A DNA stretch of 56,004 bases from an uncultured archaeon (GTDB lineage: Archaea > Asgardarchaeota > Thorarchaeia > Thorarchaeales > Thorarchaeaceae): the NCBI GenBank assembly GCA_964590575.1, contig CAZPWM010000008.1, positions 1-56,004 of the forward strand, written 5' to 3'. Positions 1 through 9,714 of this stretch are shown one piece after another. Below the pieces are notes generated by a model. That model did not search any database and was not told where the DNA came from. It saw only the letters and a list, made by a program, of their open reading frames with translations. The position numbers and the translations under genes were made by a program. Every line of letters begins with the position of its first letter. The first letter of the stretch is position 1.

Positions 1-19
1 GGAGTGGTGGTCATTTGTC

Positions 20-1003
20 ATGATTGAAGACCATATTCCATTATATTACGGTAATGTTCGAAACTACCTTGAGCAGATAAGAAACCTCTCTAAAAGAAGA
101 CAAATACGATTGTTAGATTCAGCTAGTGAAGAGTGTGAACTTATTATAGAATCATACTGGTATACCTTTCTTCTTTCTGAATTAATCGTGATTTCTGTAG
201 GTAAGCATTATGGAGAAGACACTTCATTCTATCAATCTTTCATTAGTAAATGGTCTGGAGTATGGACTCGACTCGTCGAAACCCTGAATTTACTTTTTGA
301 TTCCATGATTATTGGTCTTGAAGGACGTTCTACTAGCGCAACTAACCTACTTCGTCCAGCTTTAGAAAGTATCACTACCGGTGTCTTCTATCATTATCTT
401 GCTCAAAAGGAGTATCGTGATGAGGCATTAGTTGTAAACCAAATCCGTATTGGCCGTAATGAAGATACATTCACCGATTTAATAGAGGAAGCAATTGAAA
501 GCATACCTGAGAAATCTACAATTCCTCTCAATCTAGAAGCAGCTGTGACGAAGATTGCTTTGATGGCTGAACCTCATCTCCATGTTCCAAAGTTTAAAAC
601 AATGCTTAAACAAATAGGTGAGTGGGGTATAGTCAATAATACGGTCGAAGAACTAGTAGATCAACTATATTCTACATTGTGGATCTCACTTTCTTCGTAT
701 TCACATAGTCTACATGAAGGAACATATATCAAAAACGCAATGTTTGAGAATGATATCAACATCTTGCTTGGAAAGCAAATTGATTTTAATGCGTTCAAAG
801 ACTATTCCAAGAAGTTCAAGAGTATATGTTATGTTGCACTTATCCTATATTTGAACTCAACAGAAGAAATACAAAGGATTGAAACCTTCTCTGCGATGTT
901 CTCCGAATTTCTAAAACGCAATCCTACTGTCAGAGAAGTTTTGAAAGATGTTATAGATCAGATTGAGAAGAATATTTTATCAAGTGAGTTAAAGAGTGAA
1001 TGA
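20..1003 (+). CDS. Hypothetical all-helical protein, possibly DUF5677/HEPN-like
   Basis: 327-aa AT-rich ORF with GGTGG RBS. Motifs 'LLRPALE' and 'LSSYSHS' recall the R..lE and lS...H pattern of DUF5677-like proteins (recognised from memory). Confidence 0.5.
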   Translation: MIEDHIPLYYGNVRNYLEQIRNLSKRRQIRLLDSASEECELIIESYWYTFLLSELIVISVGKHYGEDTSFYQSFISKWSGVWTRLVETLNLLFDSMIIGLEGRSTSATNLLRPALESITTGVFYHYLAQKEYRDEALVVNQIRIGRNEDTFTDLIEEAIESIPEKSTIPLNLEAAVTKIALMAEPHLHVPKFKTMLKQIGEWGIVNNTVEELVDQLYSTLWISLSSYSHSLHEGTYIKNAMFENDINILLGKQIDFNAFKDYSKKFKSICYVALILYLNSTEEIQRIETFSAMFSEFLKRNPTVREVLKDVIDQIEKNILSSELKSE

Positions 1004-1079
1004 TTTCATTTACATATTCTCAATCTAATTTACTGGATCAGAGTTTCTGAAAAGAAGTAGCCACTGGCCCACAAAACGG

Positions 1080-1120
1080 CATCTGCTCGGTTTCAGTTTA
1101 TAGAGATTGCGGTGTCAACG
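1080..1120 (+). repeat. Degenerate direct repeat, copy 1 (partner 2257-2297)
   Basis: Ungapped hand alignment gives 32/41 identical bases, including the blocks TTTCAGTT and ATAGAGATTG. Confidence 0.75.
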
Positions 1121-1234
1121 ATGGACAATATCTCACTCTATGTTACTGATCCGAAGTGTGCAAATGACAAGCTTTCCAATGAAGATAGCAAGATGTAATA
1201 CTAAGGACAGTGTATATGACTGAGGGCGTTTGAT

Positions 1235-2224
1235 GTGACTAGATCCGCTCTCACCAAGGGTGTAATTGCAGTTATTCTCTCTGCGCTCATCATCTCCGTT
1301 GGAGTTCTATTCCTCTTAGGTGCACAAGAACCCCCTGCGGAAGATACAGACCTAAACAATGTGGATGTTGCATACTACAATGGAGAGGGGGCGTGGGGGA
1401 TAACAGAAACAATTCTTTCAAATATGACTAAATGGATGGGTTGTTCCTTTACAACAGTGAGAGGACAGAATATCCAAGACGGATGCCTTGATGATTATGA
1501 TGTGCTAATGTGGCCAGGAGGTCACTATCCAGCGTATTGGGACGAGGTGGGTATTGAAGGCAAGGCAGAGATACAGGAATTTGTTTCTGAGGGTGGCGGG
1601 TATCTGGGAATTTGTGCTGGGGCGTACTATGCTGCGGATTACATGGTCTGGATGGATGATAATAGTTTTCCACCACCTGATTATAAGGTGGAGGGAGATG
1701 AATTAAACCTAGACCTCTTTCCTGGCGTAGCTTGGGGACCTATCTTTGAAATCGCAGACCGACCTGAACCAGGTTGGGCAATGACAGAGATCAACATTGT
1801 TGACCAAACTCACCCCATTACTGAGTCCATGCCAAATCCGATGACAATGTTCTACTATGGTGGACCCTATCTTGACCCTTATGATGATGCGAGCGTTTCT
1901 ATTCTGGGGGAGTATGATGTCACAGGAACAGCTGCAATCGTGGCCTGCGAGTACGGGGAGGGTAGAGTGTTTCTTATTGGTCCGCATGGCGAGATAGAGG
2001 AAGGAAGCGATCGGGATGGTTGGGAATTCCCGGATATTCCAGAACCGGATGATGTGGAGTCAGATTGGCCATTGTATAGAAATGCGGTTAAATGGCTGTG
2101 CAAAATCGATGACCCCAGTTCCTCAACAACTGCGCTTGTTGGTTCATCCGAGATACAAGTCAACACAAATAGAGCATCAGGCTTACACGAGCGAGTCGAA
2201 CATCTCTTTTCATCTGGAGTATAA
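1235..2224 (+). CDS. Membrane-anchored/secreted BPL_N-type (class I GATase-like) protein
   Basis: N-terminal hydrophobic helix; 'LMWPGG', 'GGGYLGICAGAYYA' nucleophile elbow and 'GPHGE' His-x-Glu. Confidence 0.8.
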   Translation: MTRSALTKGVIAVILSALIISVGVLFLLGAQEPPAEDTDLNNVDVAYYNGEGAWGITETILSNMTKWMGCSFTTVRGQNIQDGCLDDYDVLMWPGGHYPAYWDEVGIEGKAEIQEFVSEGGGYLGICAGAYYAADYMVWMDDNSFPPPDYKVEGDELNLDLFPGVAWGPIFEIADRPEPGWAMTEINIVDQTHPITESMPNPMTMFYYGGPYLDPYDDASVSILGEYDVTGTAAIVACEYGEGRVFLIGPHGEIEEGSDRDGWEFPDIPEPDDVESDWPLYRNAVKWLCKIDDPSSSTTALVGSSEIQVNTNRASGLHERVEHLFSSGV

Positions 2225-2256
2225 CAAATAGAGCCTCGTCTGATGAGCTTCAACAT

Positions 2257-2297
2257 CATCTATTCGTTTTCAGTTCATAGAGATTGTTGTGCTGACG
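2257..2297 (+). repeat. Degenerate direct repeat, copy 2 (partner 1080-1120)
   Basis: 32/41 identity to 1080-1120; lies just upstream of the glyA promoter. Confidence 0.75.
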
Positions 2298-2317
2298 TGT
2301 TTTGTATCTGGCACAAG

Positions 2318-2345
2318 TCATATAACGGCGCCTGATTTAGCGCCG
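2318..2345 (+). promoter_or_regulatory. Putative glyA TATA box followed by an inverted repeat
   Basis: TCATATAA followed by CGGCGC-N8-GCGCCG; GGAGG RBS before the TTG start. Confidence 0.5.
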
Positions 2346-2373
2346 AACGTCTTCAAGAGAAGGAGGCTCATAT

Positions 2374-3696
2374 TTGAGCGAGCACAAAAAGCTTTACGAT
2401 GAAGTATTTGGACTCATTGAGAAACATGATGACTGGATGAGTAAGACAATCAATCTCATTGCTTCTGAGAACGTTAGCTCTCCAGCTGTCAGATCTGCTA
2501 TCGTCTGCGATTTCCGAGACCGTTATGCGGAAGGATGGCCAGGGGAGAGGGTCTATGCAGGTTGTAAGTATATAGACGAGGTCGAGCTCATTACAATAGA
2601 CCTTGCAAAGAAGCTGTTCAAGGCCGAGTTTGCTGATGTGAGACCAATTTCAGGGGTTGTCGCAAATCTAGCCATGTACACAGCAGCCATGGAACCGATG
2701 GAGAGAATGATGGCCTTGTCCATTGCCCATGGTGGACATATCTCGCATGCAAGAAAGGACCTTGGCGGAACCGCGGGCCAAATACGAGGTCATAAGGTAC
2801 GTAACTGGGTATTCGATGACACAGAGTTCAACATCGATATCGATGCTAGCATGAAACTCATAAAAGACCTTCAGGAAAAAGGAGATGAGATCAAGTTTCT
2901 CCTCTTTGGAGGGAGTGTGTTTCCATTCCCACACCCGGTCAAGGAGTTCCGCGAGATAGCAGATGAGTATGGAATGACTATTGGTTATGACTCGGCACAT
3001 GTTTCGGGGCTTATCGCGGCTGGATTCTTCCAAGACCCTCTGCGAGAAGGTGCTGACATGATGACTGCATCAACCCATAAGACGATGCCTGGTCCGCAGC
3101 ATGGAATCATATTAGCAAAGGAAGAGTTTGCTGAACGAATCAAGAGAGCATCATTCCCAGGCCTATTGAGCAACCACCACCTGCACAACGTAGCGGGTCT
3201 TGCTGTGGTCTTGGCTGAGATGACCGAGTTTGGTGTTGAATATAGCACACAGATAATGAAGAATGCAAAAGCTCTCGCTCAGGCCTTACACGAACGAGGG
3301 TGGAGTGTCATCGGTGAACACAAAGGATTCACCGAGTCTCATGTTGTCCTAGTGGATGTCACTGAAACCCCCATGAAAGATGGGGCTGCTGTCGAAGAGA
3401 ATCTTGAGGATGCAAACATCATAATCAACCGAAATCTCCTACCTTGGGACAAGAAGAGAGGTCGTGACTATAAGACTCCGGGCGGTATCCGTCTTGGTAC
3501 AAGCGAACTGACCAGACTGGGTATGAAGGAGTCTGAGATGGATGCTGTTGCAGAGTTCCTTCATCGTGTCGTGATGAAGGGTGAGGATGTCAAGAAGATT
3601 GCAGCAGAAGTAGCTGAGTTCAGAAAGGAATACCAGAAAGTCCACTACGCTTTCGACACAGACACACCGGCATATGCTCATCTGAGATTCAAATAG
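2374..3696 (+). CDS. glyA: Serine hydroxymethyltransferase
   Basis: 'INLIASEN', 'RYAEG', 'GGHISH', PLP-lysine motif 'STHKTMPGPQ', 'GIRLGT'. Confidence 0.97.
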   Translation: MSEHKKLYDEVFGLIEKHDDWMSKTINLIASENVSSPAVRSAIVCDFRDRYAEGWPGERVYAGCKYIDEVELITIDLAKKLFKAEFADVRPISGVVANLAMYTAAMEPMERMMALSIAHGGHISHARKDLGGTAGQIRGHKVRNWVFDDTEFNIDIDASMKLIKDLQEKGDEIKFLLFGGSVFPFPHPVKEFREIADEYGMTIGYDSAHVSGLIAAGFFQDPLREGADMMTASTHKTMPGPQHGIILAKEEFAERIKRASFPGLLSNHHLHNVAGLAVVLAEMTEFGVEYSTQIMKNAKALAQALHERGWSVIGEHKGFTESHVVLVDVTETPMKDGAAVEENLEDANIIINRNLLPWDKKRGRDYKTPGGIRLGTSELTRLGMKESEMDAVAEFLHRVVMKGEDVKKIAAEVAEFRKEYQKVHYAFDTDTPAYAHLRFK

Positions 3697-3735
3697 GATC
3701 CGACAGTTAATCAGACCCTCTCTGGGGGATTTCTA

Positions 3736-4032
3736 ATGAAGATCGAAGAAGCACAAGAAATGATGCGAAAGATTTACCTTGAGAAAGACCGAGCTCGGGG
3801 TGTTGAGGGAACTCTGAAGAGAGCTTTTGATGAACTTGGAGAGTTGAGAGAGGCAATCGAGAACAATGACTCAACTCTGGCCATTGCCGATGAGGTGGCA
3901 GATGTCTTTGCATGGCTCTGTTCTCTAGCGAATTTGTTGGAAATCGATGTTTCTGAAGCGTTCTACAAGAAATATCCTGATGCCTGCTCGAAATGCAAGA
4001 AAAGCCCTTGTGATTGTGATAGGCCAAGATAG
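3736..4032 (+). CDS. MazG-like nucleotide pyrophosphohydrolase with C-terminal Cys cluster
   Basis: 'DELGEL...DEVADVFAWLCSLAN' and 'KY...CSKCKKSPCDC'. Confidence 0.9.
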   Translation: MKIEEAQEMMRKIYLEKDRARGVEGTLKRAFDELGELREAIENNDSTLAIADEVADVFAWLCSLANLLEIDVSEAFYKKYPDACSKCKKSPCDCDRPR

Positions 4033-4055
4033 TGGTATATTCTTGGTTTTGTCCC

Positions 4056-4075
4056 ATCAAAAGCTATCTTTTGAT
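4056..4075. terminator. Hairpin downstream of the mazG-like gene
   Basis: Perfect 8-bp inverted repeat ATCAAAAG-CTAT-CTTTTGAT. Confidence 0.35.
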
Positions 4076-4253
4076 AGTTGTAGTTGAAACTTCACTATCT
4101 CTGGATATCTCTGCAATTGTTCCCCAACTAGGCTCTTTATTGTGTACTGCTCCAAAAGTTCCATGGACACGATTGTACAGAATGTTGCGCTATTCATCTT
4201 GTATTATAAATAATGAATGCAATCTGAATTGAATCTAATTGGTGGTAGGATTC

Positions 4254-5027
4254 ATGCAGAATGAAACTAATTTGGAACTGGCGAAAACACTTCTTAAGAA
4301 TCCTGCATTTCCTCGAACAGCAAAATACGATCCTGAATGGATGGTTGGATTGGATCTGGGCTGCCCAACTTTTTGGCTGCTTGAACGATTATGCGAAGGA
4401 ATGAAATTTGAACCAGATATGCGCGTTCTGGACCTGGGCTGTGGGAAGGCTGGTGGATCAATATTCTTAGCGAAAGAGTTTGATGTTCAGGTTTGGGCTG
4501 TAGACCTAGGAGTAAGTCAAAGTGAGAATTGGGAACGCATTAGAGAACTGGGTCTGGAGAGTCAAGTTTTCCCCCTTCGAGCTGATGCGCGAGAGATGCC
4601 ATTCCCAAGGGAGTTCTTTGACGCTATTGTTTGTGTAAATTCTCTCTTCTTCTTTGCAACTGATGAAATCTATCTGCGGCATCATCTAATCCCAAGAGTC
4701 AAAACCGGCGGCCAAATAGGAAGTGTAGTGCCGGGATTCTACAAGGATTTTGATGGAGAATTGCCCAAGAGTCTGCCAGAGCATCTGAAACAATATTGGG
4801 CTTCATGTATGCTTTATACGTGGCACTCTGCAGAATGGTGGCGACAGCAATGGCTGAAGACCGAATCGGTCGAGGTCGAACTAACAGATGACTTCCCCGC
4901 CAACGAGGGATATCAGACCTACCTTGACTGGGAGAGAATAATAGGATATCCAGAGAAGATAGCGGAAGACGATAAGGGTAGGAATATCACATTCTCACGC
5001 TTGGTTGTTCGCCGACTCCTGACCTAA
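4254..5027 (+). CDS. Class I SAM-dependent methyltransferase
   Basis: Motif I 'VLDLGCGKAG', 'VWAVDL', 'FDAIVC'. Start taken at ATG 4254. Confidence 0.9.
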   Translation: MQNETNLELAKTLLKNPAFPRTAKYDPEWMVGLDLGCPTFWLLERLCEGMKFEPDMRVLDLGCGKAGGSIFLAKEFDVQVWAVDLGVSQSENWERIRELGLESQVFPLRADAREMPFPREFFDAIVCVNSLFFFATDEIYLRHHLIPRVKTGGQIGSVVPGFYKDFDGELPKSLPEHLKQYWASCMLYTWHSAEWWRQQWLKTESVEVELTDDFPANEGYQTYLDWERIIGYPEKIAEDDKGRNITFSRLVVRRLLT

Positions 5028-5034
5028 AGCTGGA

Positions 5035-5089
5035 TCAAAGATAGGAGTTTCAGCTTCTTCTAGCTTAGATACGTCATTCCTATCTTTGA
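5035..5089. repeat. 12-bp perfect inverted repeat between convergent genes
   Basis: TCAAAGATAGGA (5035-5046) and TCCTATCTTTGA (5078-5089). Confidence 0.7.
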
Positions 5090-5178
5090 GTTCACGAGTC
5101 GGCGAAGTGGAAGTGACACAGCCTGTACAGAATGACATTGTGATGCGGCATTCAACGCATCCCTCTGCCTCCTCTCCA

Positions 5179-5619
5179 TCACACACCCTTTTTGCTCAGA
5201 GCCTCTTCTAATGTACGTTGAAGACGCCGCCGCTCAGATCTATAATAGAACGGGCTCCATATCGTAATAGCCCAAATAAGGACGTCAAAGATACCAAAGA
5301 CAGATGTCCCGATTATTGTTTCCAGGTCCTCTGATAAATCAAGAGGAAGCGAAACTCCCAGAACGATAGCAACCACGCTAATGACCCCAATAATTATGAA
5401 ACCAATGCAATAGATAATGCCTTCAATCGCATATACTGGAGGACCTCGATCTGGCTTCAGAGTGATCTCTACACCCGCCTCTTCAGCCATTTTAATAGTC
5501 CTCTTCCTAGCTCCATCCACCGCAAAAGCTATAATCAAACCAGCAACGAACATTACAAACAAACCAATGAAGAAGAGTAGTCCCAACACTCTCGCCAAGT
5601 CCAATATTGTCTGCATCAT
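5179..5619 (-). CDS. Hypothetical membrane protein (about 3 TM helices)
   Basis: 146-aa ORF with three long hydrophobic segments. Confidence 0.7.
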   Translation of the reverse strand: MMQTILDLARVLGLLFFIGLFVMFVAGLIIAFAVDGARKRTIKMAEEAGVEITLKPDRGPPVYAIEGIIYCIGFIIIGVISVVAIVLGVSLPLDLSEDLETIIGTSVFGIFDVLIWAITIWSPFYYRSERRRLQRTLEEALSKKGV

Positions 5620-5724
5620 ATTCCTGATTGCACCCCATGATCATATGCTTCAGATGTTGATTCAATAATTATTCATCTGCTTAAATCATCATCGAAACGA
5701 TGACTCTCGAGCTTGGAAGCTACT

Positions 5725-5853
5725 TGGCTTTGTTCTCTGGCCAATCTATTAGAGATTGATGTTTCTGATGCATTCTACAAGAAGTATACTGATGTATGTT
5801 CGAAATGTAAGAAGAGCCCGTGTGTCTGCCCTGAGTCACCAGATATGAAGTAG
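5725..5853 (+). pseudogene. Diverged remnant copy of the mazG-like gene 3' end
   Basis: Translates WLCSLANLLEIDVSDAFYKKYTDVCSKCKKSPCVCPESPDMK*. It is 84/105 nt identical to 3913-4017 and has no start codon or 5' part. Confidence 0.9.
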
Positions 5854-6208
5854 GTTTGGACATATGAAATCGCATTTCGTACGGAATATTGGTAAAAAGG
5901 ATGGTTCTCGTTGCACAAATGGACTCTAGTAATCACAAAAAAGGGCCCATAACTCCGTAAATAGGAAAATTTCATCTAAAATAACCAATAATCCGACCGC
6001 TCCCGTTTAGGACCTAGTTTCAAGGCATACAAAGGACGTCACTCAGTATTCGTGTCTGTGCAAAGGGCTTTGGATATCTAATTCTATACAATTCATACAT
6101 CCAACAAACCGGTTCCTGTCGACGAATGTGAATCGGTGGGAGCGTAAAAGGCACTGGGGTAACACAAGTGCAGTCGATTACGAAATCCATTAGCGGAGGG
6201 ATGGGACA

Positions 6209-7591
6209 ATGACTGATGATGGGAATTCAGGATTTGGTATACTAAGACTAACTAAGTTTCTTATTGTGCTCCTTGTGACCTTTGTGCCTGTATCATGCAT
6301 CACATGGCTACTCTCTTTGGTCCCTTTTGGCTCAGCCACAATGAAAGGGCAAGCATTGATTCTCTCTGGTATCTGCTTCTTTGCTGGATCATGTGCACTG
6401 ATTTTCTCAAAGCCCTCCAAAGAGAAGGGACTTCTTTGGTTGAGCGGTTTTGTTGTCGCAGTTGGTGCAATAATTATCGCAGGTGTTCAAGCTCTCTATG
6501 CATTGGTTATCGAGTTCCCGCTCCAGAGCATCGTAATCATTGGACTTCCTCTCACACTGCTGATGGTATGGACTCTTCAGAAAGAAGCAGCAGTTGAAGA
6601 ACTTCATCCTGTGCAACAAGACACACTGGGAATCTCACTCTCGAGAGTGGTCATCAAGAAGGAGATTGTAATAGGGGCTGTTGAGCTCACAGAGTTTCCA
6701 GAGTCGCATCTTCTGGATATGGAAGCAAGTGAACAACAGAATCAACCGTTCTACAAGATTCTCCGAGTGATGATGCTAGCGAACTATCCATTGGCTCTTC
6801 GATACCAACGAATCAAACGCAGAGTGCGTGTCTTCTATCTGACTTGGGCGAAAACCGAATCGCAGCTTAAGGAGAATCTCGATACTCTTGAGGACTCAAT
6901 TAAGGGAACTCTCACCGGTTTCAAACGAAAGAGGCATGCCCGGTTTCACGGACCCACAATCAGTCCCTTGGCATCTGTAGCTACCTCATATCTACTAGGA
7001 GAACCACTCTCAATTGAGGATCCAAAACAGGACAAGGATGCCATCAATGTCGTGGCTGAAGTTCTGTTAGGAATGGAGGATGGCATCATCCAGATCTCTG
7101 CCATCCCTCGAAGGTCTAGTGACCGTGAGCTGAAGTCTCTAGAGAAGGAGTACCAGTCCGAAACAGAGAGGAGTCAGCTCACAGTCTCCACTCCGCAATC
7201 AACGCTGTTTTCGGGGGAGGTACAGAAGTCGACCACCAGAGTAAATGAGCGAGCCGTCAGGAACGCTGACTCTTTGAAGCTACAGATAGCCCGCATGAGC
7301 AACAGCCATCTTTGCGAGGTTGAGGTTTCTGCAACATGTTGGGACAGGGACCCTGAGATAGCGAAACAAAACTCCAAAAAACTGCTCGGGATGTTGAGAG
7401 GTTCATTAGTCCCTGCAGACTCGACACAACAGCAGACCATTGAGACTAGACTAAAACCAAACGAGGCTACCCGAGTCATAGAGGGAGAGACTATAGGAAA
7501 GACCACACTCCTCTCATTAGGAGAGGCGAGTGTCTACTTCTCGCTCGAAATGACCTCGGAGTCCCAATCGCTGACCACGCCTCATTCATAA
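6209..7591 (+). CDS. N-terminal, membrane-anchored part (about 4 TM) of a frameshifted HerA/VirB4-like ATPase
   Basis: Four hydrophobic segments in residues 16-122. The downstream ATPase frame is already open from 7450, overlapping this ORF; the frameshift is near 7540-7547. Confidence 0.7.
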   Translation: MTDDGNSGFGILRLTKFLIVLLVTFVPVSCITWLLSLVPFGSATMKGQALILSGICFFAGSCALIFSKPSKEKGLLWLSGFVVAVGAIIIAGVQALYALVIEFPLQSIVIIGLPLTLLMVWTLQKEAAVEELHPVQQDTLGISLSRVVIKKEIVIGAVELTEFPESHLLDMEASEQQNQPFYKILRVMMLANYPLALRYQRIKRRVRVFYLTWAKTESQLKENLDTLEDSIKGTLTGFKRKRHARFHGPTISPLASVATSYLLGEPLSIEDPKQDKDAINVVAEVLLGMEDGIIQISAIPRRSSDRELKSLEKEYQSETERSQLTVSTPQSTLFSGEVQKSTTRVNERAVRNADSLKLQIARMSNSHLCEVEVSATCWDRDPEIAKQNSKKLLGMLRGSLVPADSTQQQTIETRLKPNEATRVIEGETIGKTTLLSLGEASVYFSLEMTSESQSLTTPHS

Positions 7592-7737
7592 CTAATCCAG
7601 CTGACCTACGGGCCAACCAAGAGTCAGGGGACACTCCTAAGAAGAGTGAGGGCGTTCTCCTTGGTCAAAAACTGGATGACTCGGGGAACCCCATTAGCGA
7701 GTTCAGAATCCCACTCATTGATCTTGCCTCCCACTCA

Positions 7738-9714
7738 GTGGCTGGTGGTGACACAGGGACAGGAAAGACTGTGACTCAGTCAAACATCGCTCTCGAACTC
7801 GATAGACTGCACACTCCGTTCCTGGTTATCGCTTCATCCAAGCATGAGGACCAACTTAGGCTCATCAGAAAGATCAATGGAGTCCGTGTCTTCACTCCAG
7901 GTGATGAGACCACTACGCCAGTTCGTTTCTCCTTCAGTTATTTCTACGAGGGTATGCATGTCAACTCCGTAATAAACGACACAAAGGCGATGTTCGTCGC
8001 CACTATGCCCTCGCAGGGAATCATCAAGGAATACATGGAGAAGGTCATTGAACTCACTTTTCTGAGGTTAGGCTGGGACCGTGAGACCAACACACCTGGT
8101 CTTCCCATCCTGTTCTCGGACTTCCTAGAAACCCTCCCCCTCATCAGGGACGAGATACAGTACAGCACTCGAGGGAATGAGGATGTCTGGGGTGCTCTGT
8201 GGGGCCGGTACGGGACACTCTATCCCAGTGTCCTCAGCTCCCTGTTTGACACGATCTCTGGGATGACCATTGAGGAGCTGGTGTCAAAGCCCACCATCAT
8301 CATACTTGACAGGCTCTCACTGGAGGAACAGATGTTCTTCGTCTACTGGCTGGTGACAAGGCTAGCACGCTACTTCGAGGCCAAGAAGAAGACAGACGCT
8401 CATGACCAGAGGGGGCTGAAGTATGAGGTCTTCATGGAGGAGGCCCAGCGGTTCTTCTCTGGAGGGACAGGGGTCAAGGTGGATGAGGAGCATGGAGTAC
8501 GGTTCGCTGCTGTTGACGCTATCACTACTATCATGAAAGAGTCAAGGAGCGCAGGGCTCGGGTTCTGGCTAAATGCTCCGAATCTATCAGAGCTCACAAA
8601 CAACGCCTGCAACATGGCCCTGAACATCATGATGCACAGGAAAGGGGCGAAGAACGACCGCAAACAGATTGGGGACCAGATGAACTGCACGGATGACCAG
8701 ATCCGGTTGATAGGGTCCCTCCCAGTCGGCGAGGCGGTGGTCCGTACTGCTAGTATCGGCAAACCAGTACGTGTGAGGATCAATAATCCAGTTGAACAGT
8801 ACCCTGAACTTGCTCCTGGTTCTCTGGTCACTGACAAGGTGGTCAAGGAGTTCATGGAACCTGTCTATGAACAGCACCCTGAGTTCAAGACGAAGTCCGG
8901 TTATTCGGTCGAGGTGAAGAAGGATGAACAGAGTCTTTCGGTAGCCTCATTGAGGATCGATGTCACAAAGATGCACAGACTCTACTCGATATTAGACAAG
9001 CCCTCTGTCAAAGGTGCGCTCAAGGGTATGGAGATGGCTGCACAAAGTGGGAATACTCTTCTCGGAGCACTGGTCCTGCGGAACTTTGTGTCAATCGTGG
9101 AACCGAACGAGTCATACTTTGCCTTCTATTGTCATCATCTATTGTGGTTTCTCTCTGAGACTGAAACACCACTCTCTGAAGAGAATCTTGACAAGATCAC
9201 TACAGAGCTCGCAAATTTCGTTCCCCTCAATGAACTGGCACAGGTCAATCTTGGTCACATTCACGAACGTATCAGACTCACTGTGGAGAGAGGACTGGTC
9301 TCTTACAAAGAGGATAAGGCAGCACTGAGGACTGACCTGAAGGATGCTGTTGCTAGGGCAATTGAAGAGATGAAAGAGATACAAGACAAGGCTGCTGAGC
9401 GTAGACTCTCTGACAATGAATACAGGCTTAGCAGGCTTATTCCTGAGATCGTCAGGAACGAGAAGTTCACTAGCAGACACATCAAGCGGTTCAACAAGGC
9501 CCTGGATGGCGATTTTGAACCAATTGTACGGATGATTACTGTGTTTGCAAAGAAGATCGCAGGTCCTGAGGATGACCTCTGCCATGTCGCCACCATACTA
9601 CTGCATCATGCACGGTCTGAACTTGGTAATTCCGACAATGACTCAGTCTGGAAGACTATCCCGGATGAGGTGCATGCAAGCATACACGACTCGGGGTCAG
9701 AAGTTGCCGTATGA
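7738..9714 (+). CDS. C-terminal HerA/FtsK/VirB4-family (DUF87-like) ATPase part; true frame begins upstream at the frameshift
   Basis: Walker A GDTGTGKT, Walker B 'FMEEAQRF', Arg-finger-like 'KESRSAG', 'LPVGEAVV'. The upstream in-frame 'GVLLGQ...LASHSVAGG' is the usual pre-Walker-A strand. Confidence 0.85.
   Translation: MAGGDTGTGKTVTQSNIALELDRLHTPFLVIASSKHEDQLRLIRKINGVRVFTPGDETTTPVRFSFSYFYEGMHVNSVINDTKAMFVATMPSQGIIKEYMEKVIELTFLRLGWDRETNTPGLPILFSDFLETLPLIRDEIQYSTRGNEDVWGALWGRYGTLYPSVLSSLFDTISGMTIEELVSKPTIIILDRLSLEEQMFFVYWLVTRLARYFEAKKKTDAHDQRGLKYEVFMEEAQRFFSGGTGVKVDEEHGVRFAAVDAITTIMKESRSAGLGFWLNAPNLSELTNNACNMALNIMMHRKGAKNDRKQIGDQMNCTDDQIRLIGSLPVGEAVVRTASIGKPVRVRINNPVEQYPELAPGSLVTDKVVKEFMEPVYEQHPEFKTKSGYSVEVKKDEQSLSVASLRIDVTKMHRLYSILDKPSVKGALKGMEMAAQSGNTLLGALVLRNFVSIVEPNESYFAFYCHHLLWFLSETETPLSEENLDKITTELANFVPLNELAQVNLGHIHERIRLTVERGLVSYKEDKAALRTDLKDAVARAIEEMKEIQDKAAERRLSDNEYRLSRLIPEIVRNEKFTSRHIKRFNKALDGDFEPIVRMITVFAKKIAGPEDDLCHVATILLHHARSELGNSDNDSVWKTIPDEVHASIHDSGSEVAV

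Noticed and set aside
3913-5853. Diversity-generating retroelement TR/VR pair
   Set aside because: Differences between the two mazG ends are mostly third-position synonymous changes at all bases, not adenine-specific, and there is no reverse transcriptase in the window.
9545-9703. Listed start of the 1103-aa ORF
   Set aside because: It overlaps the ATPase by 170 nt with atypical sequence. TTG at 9704 has an RBS and typical coupling.
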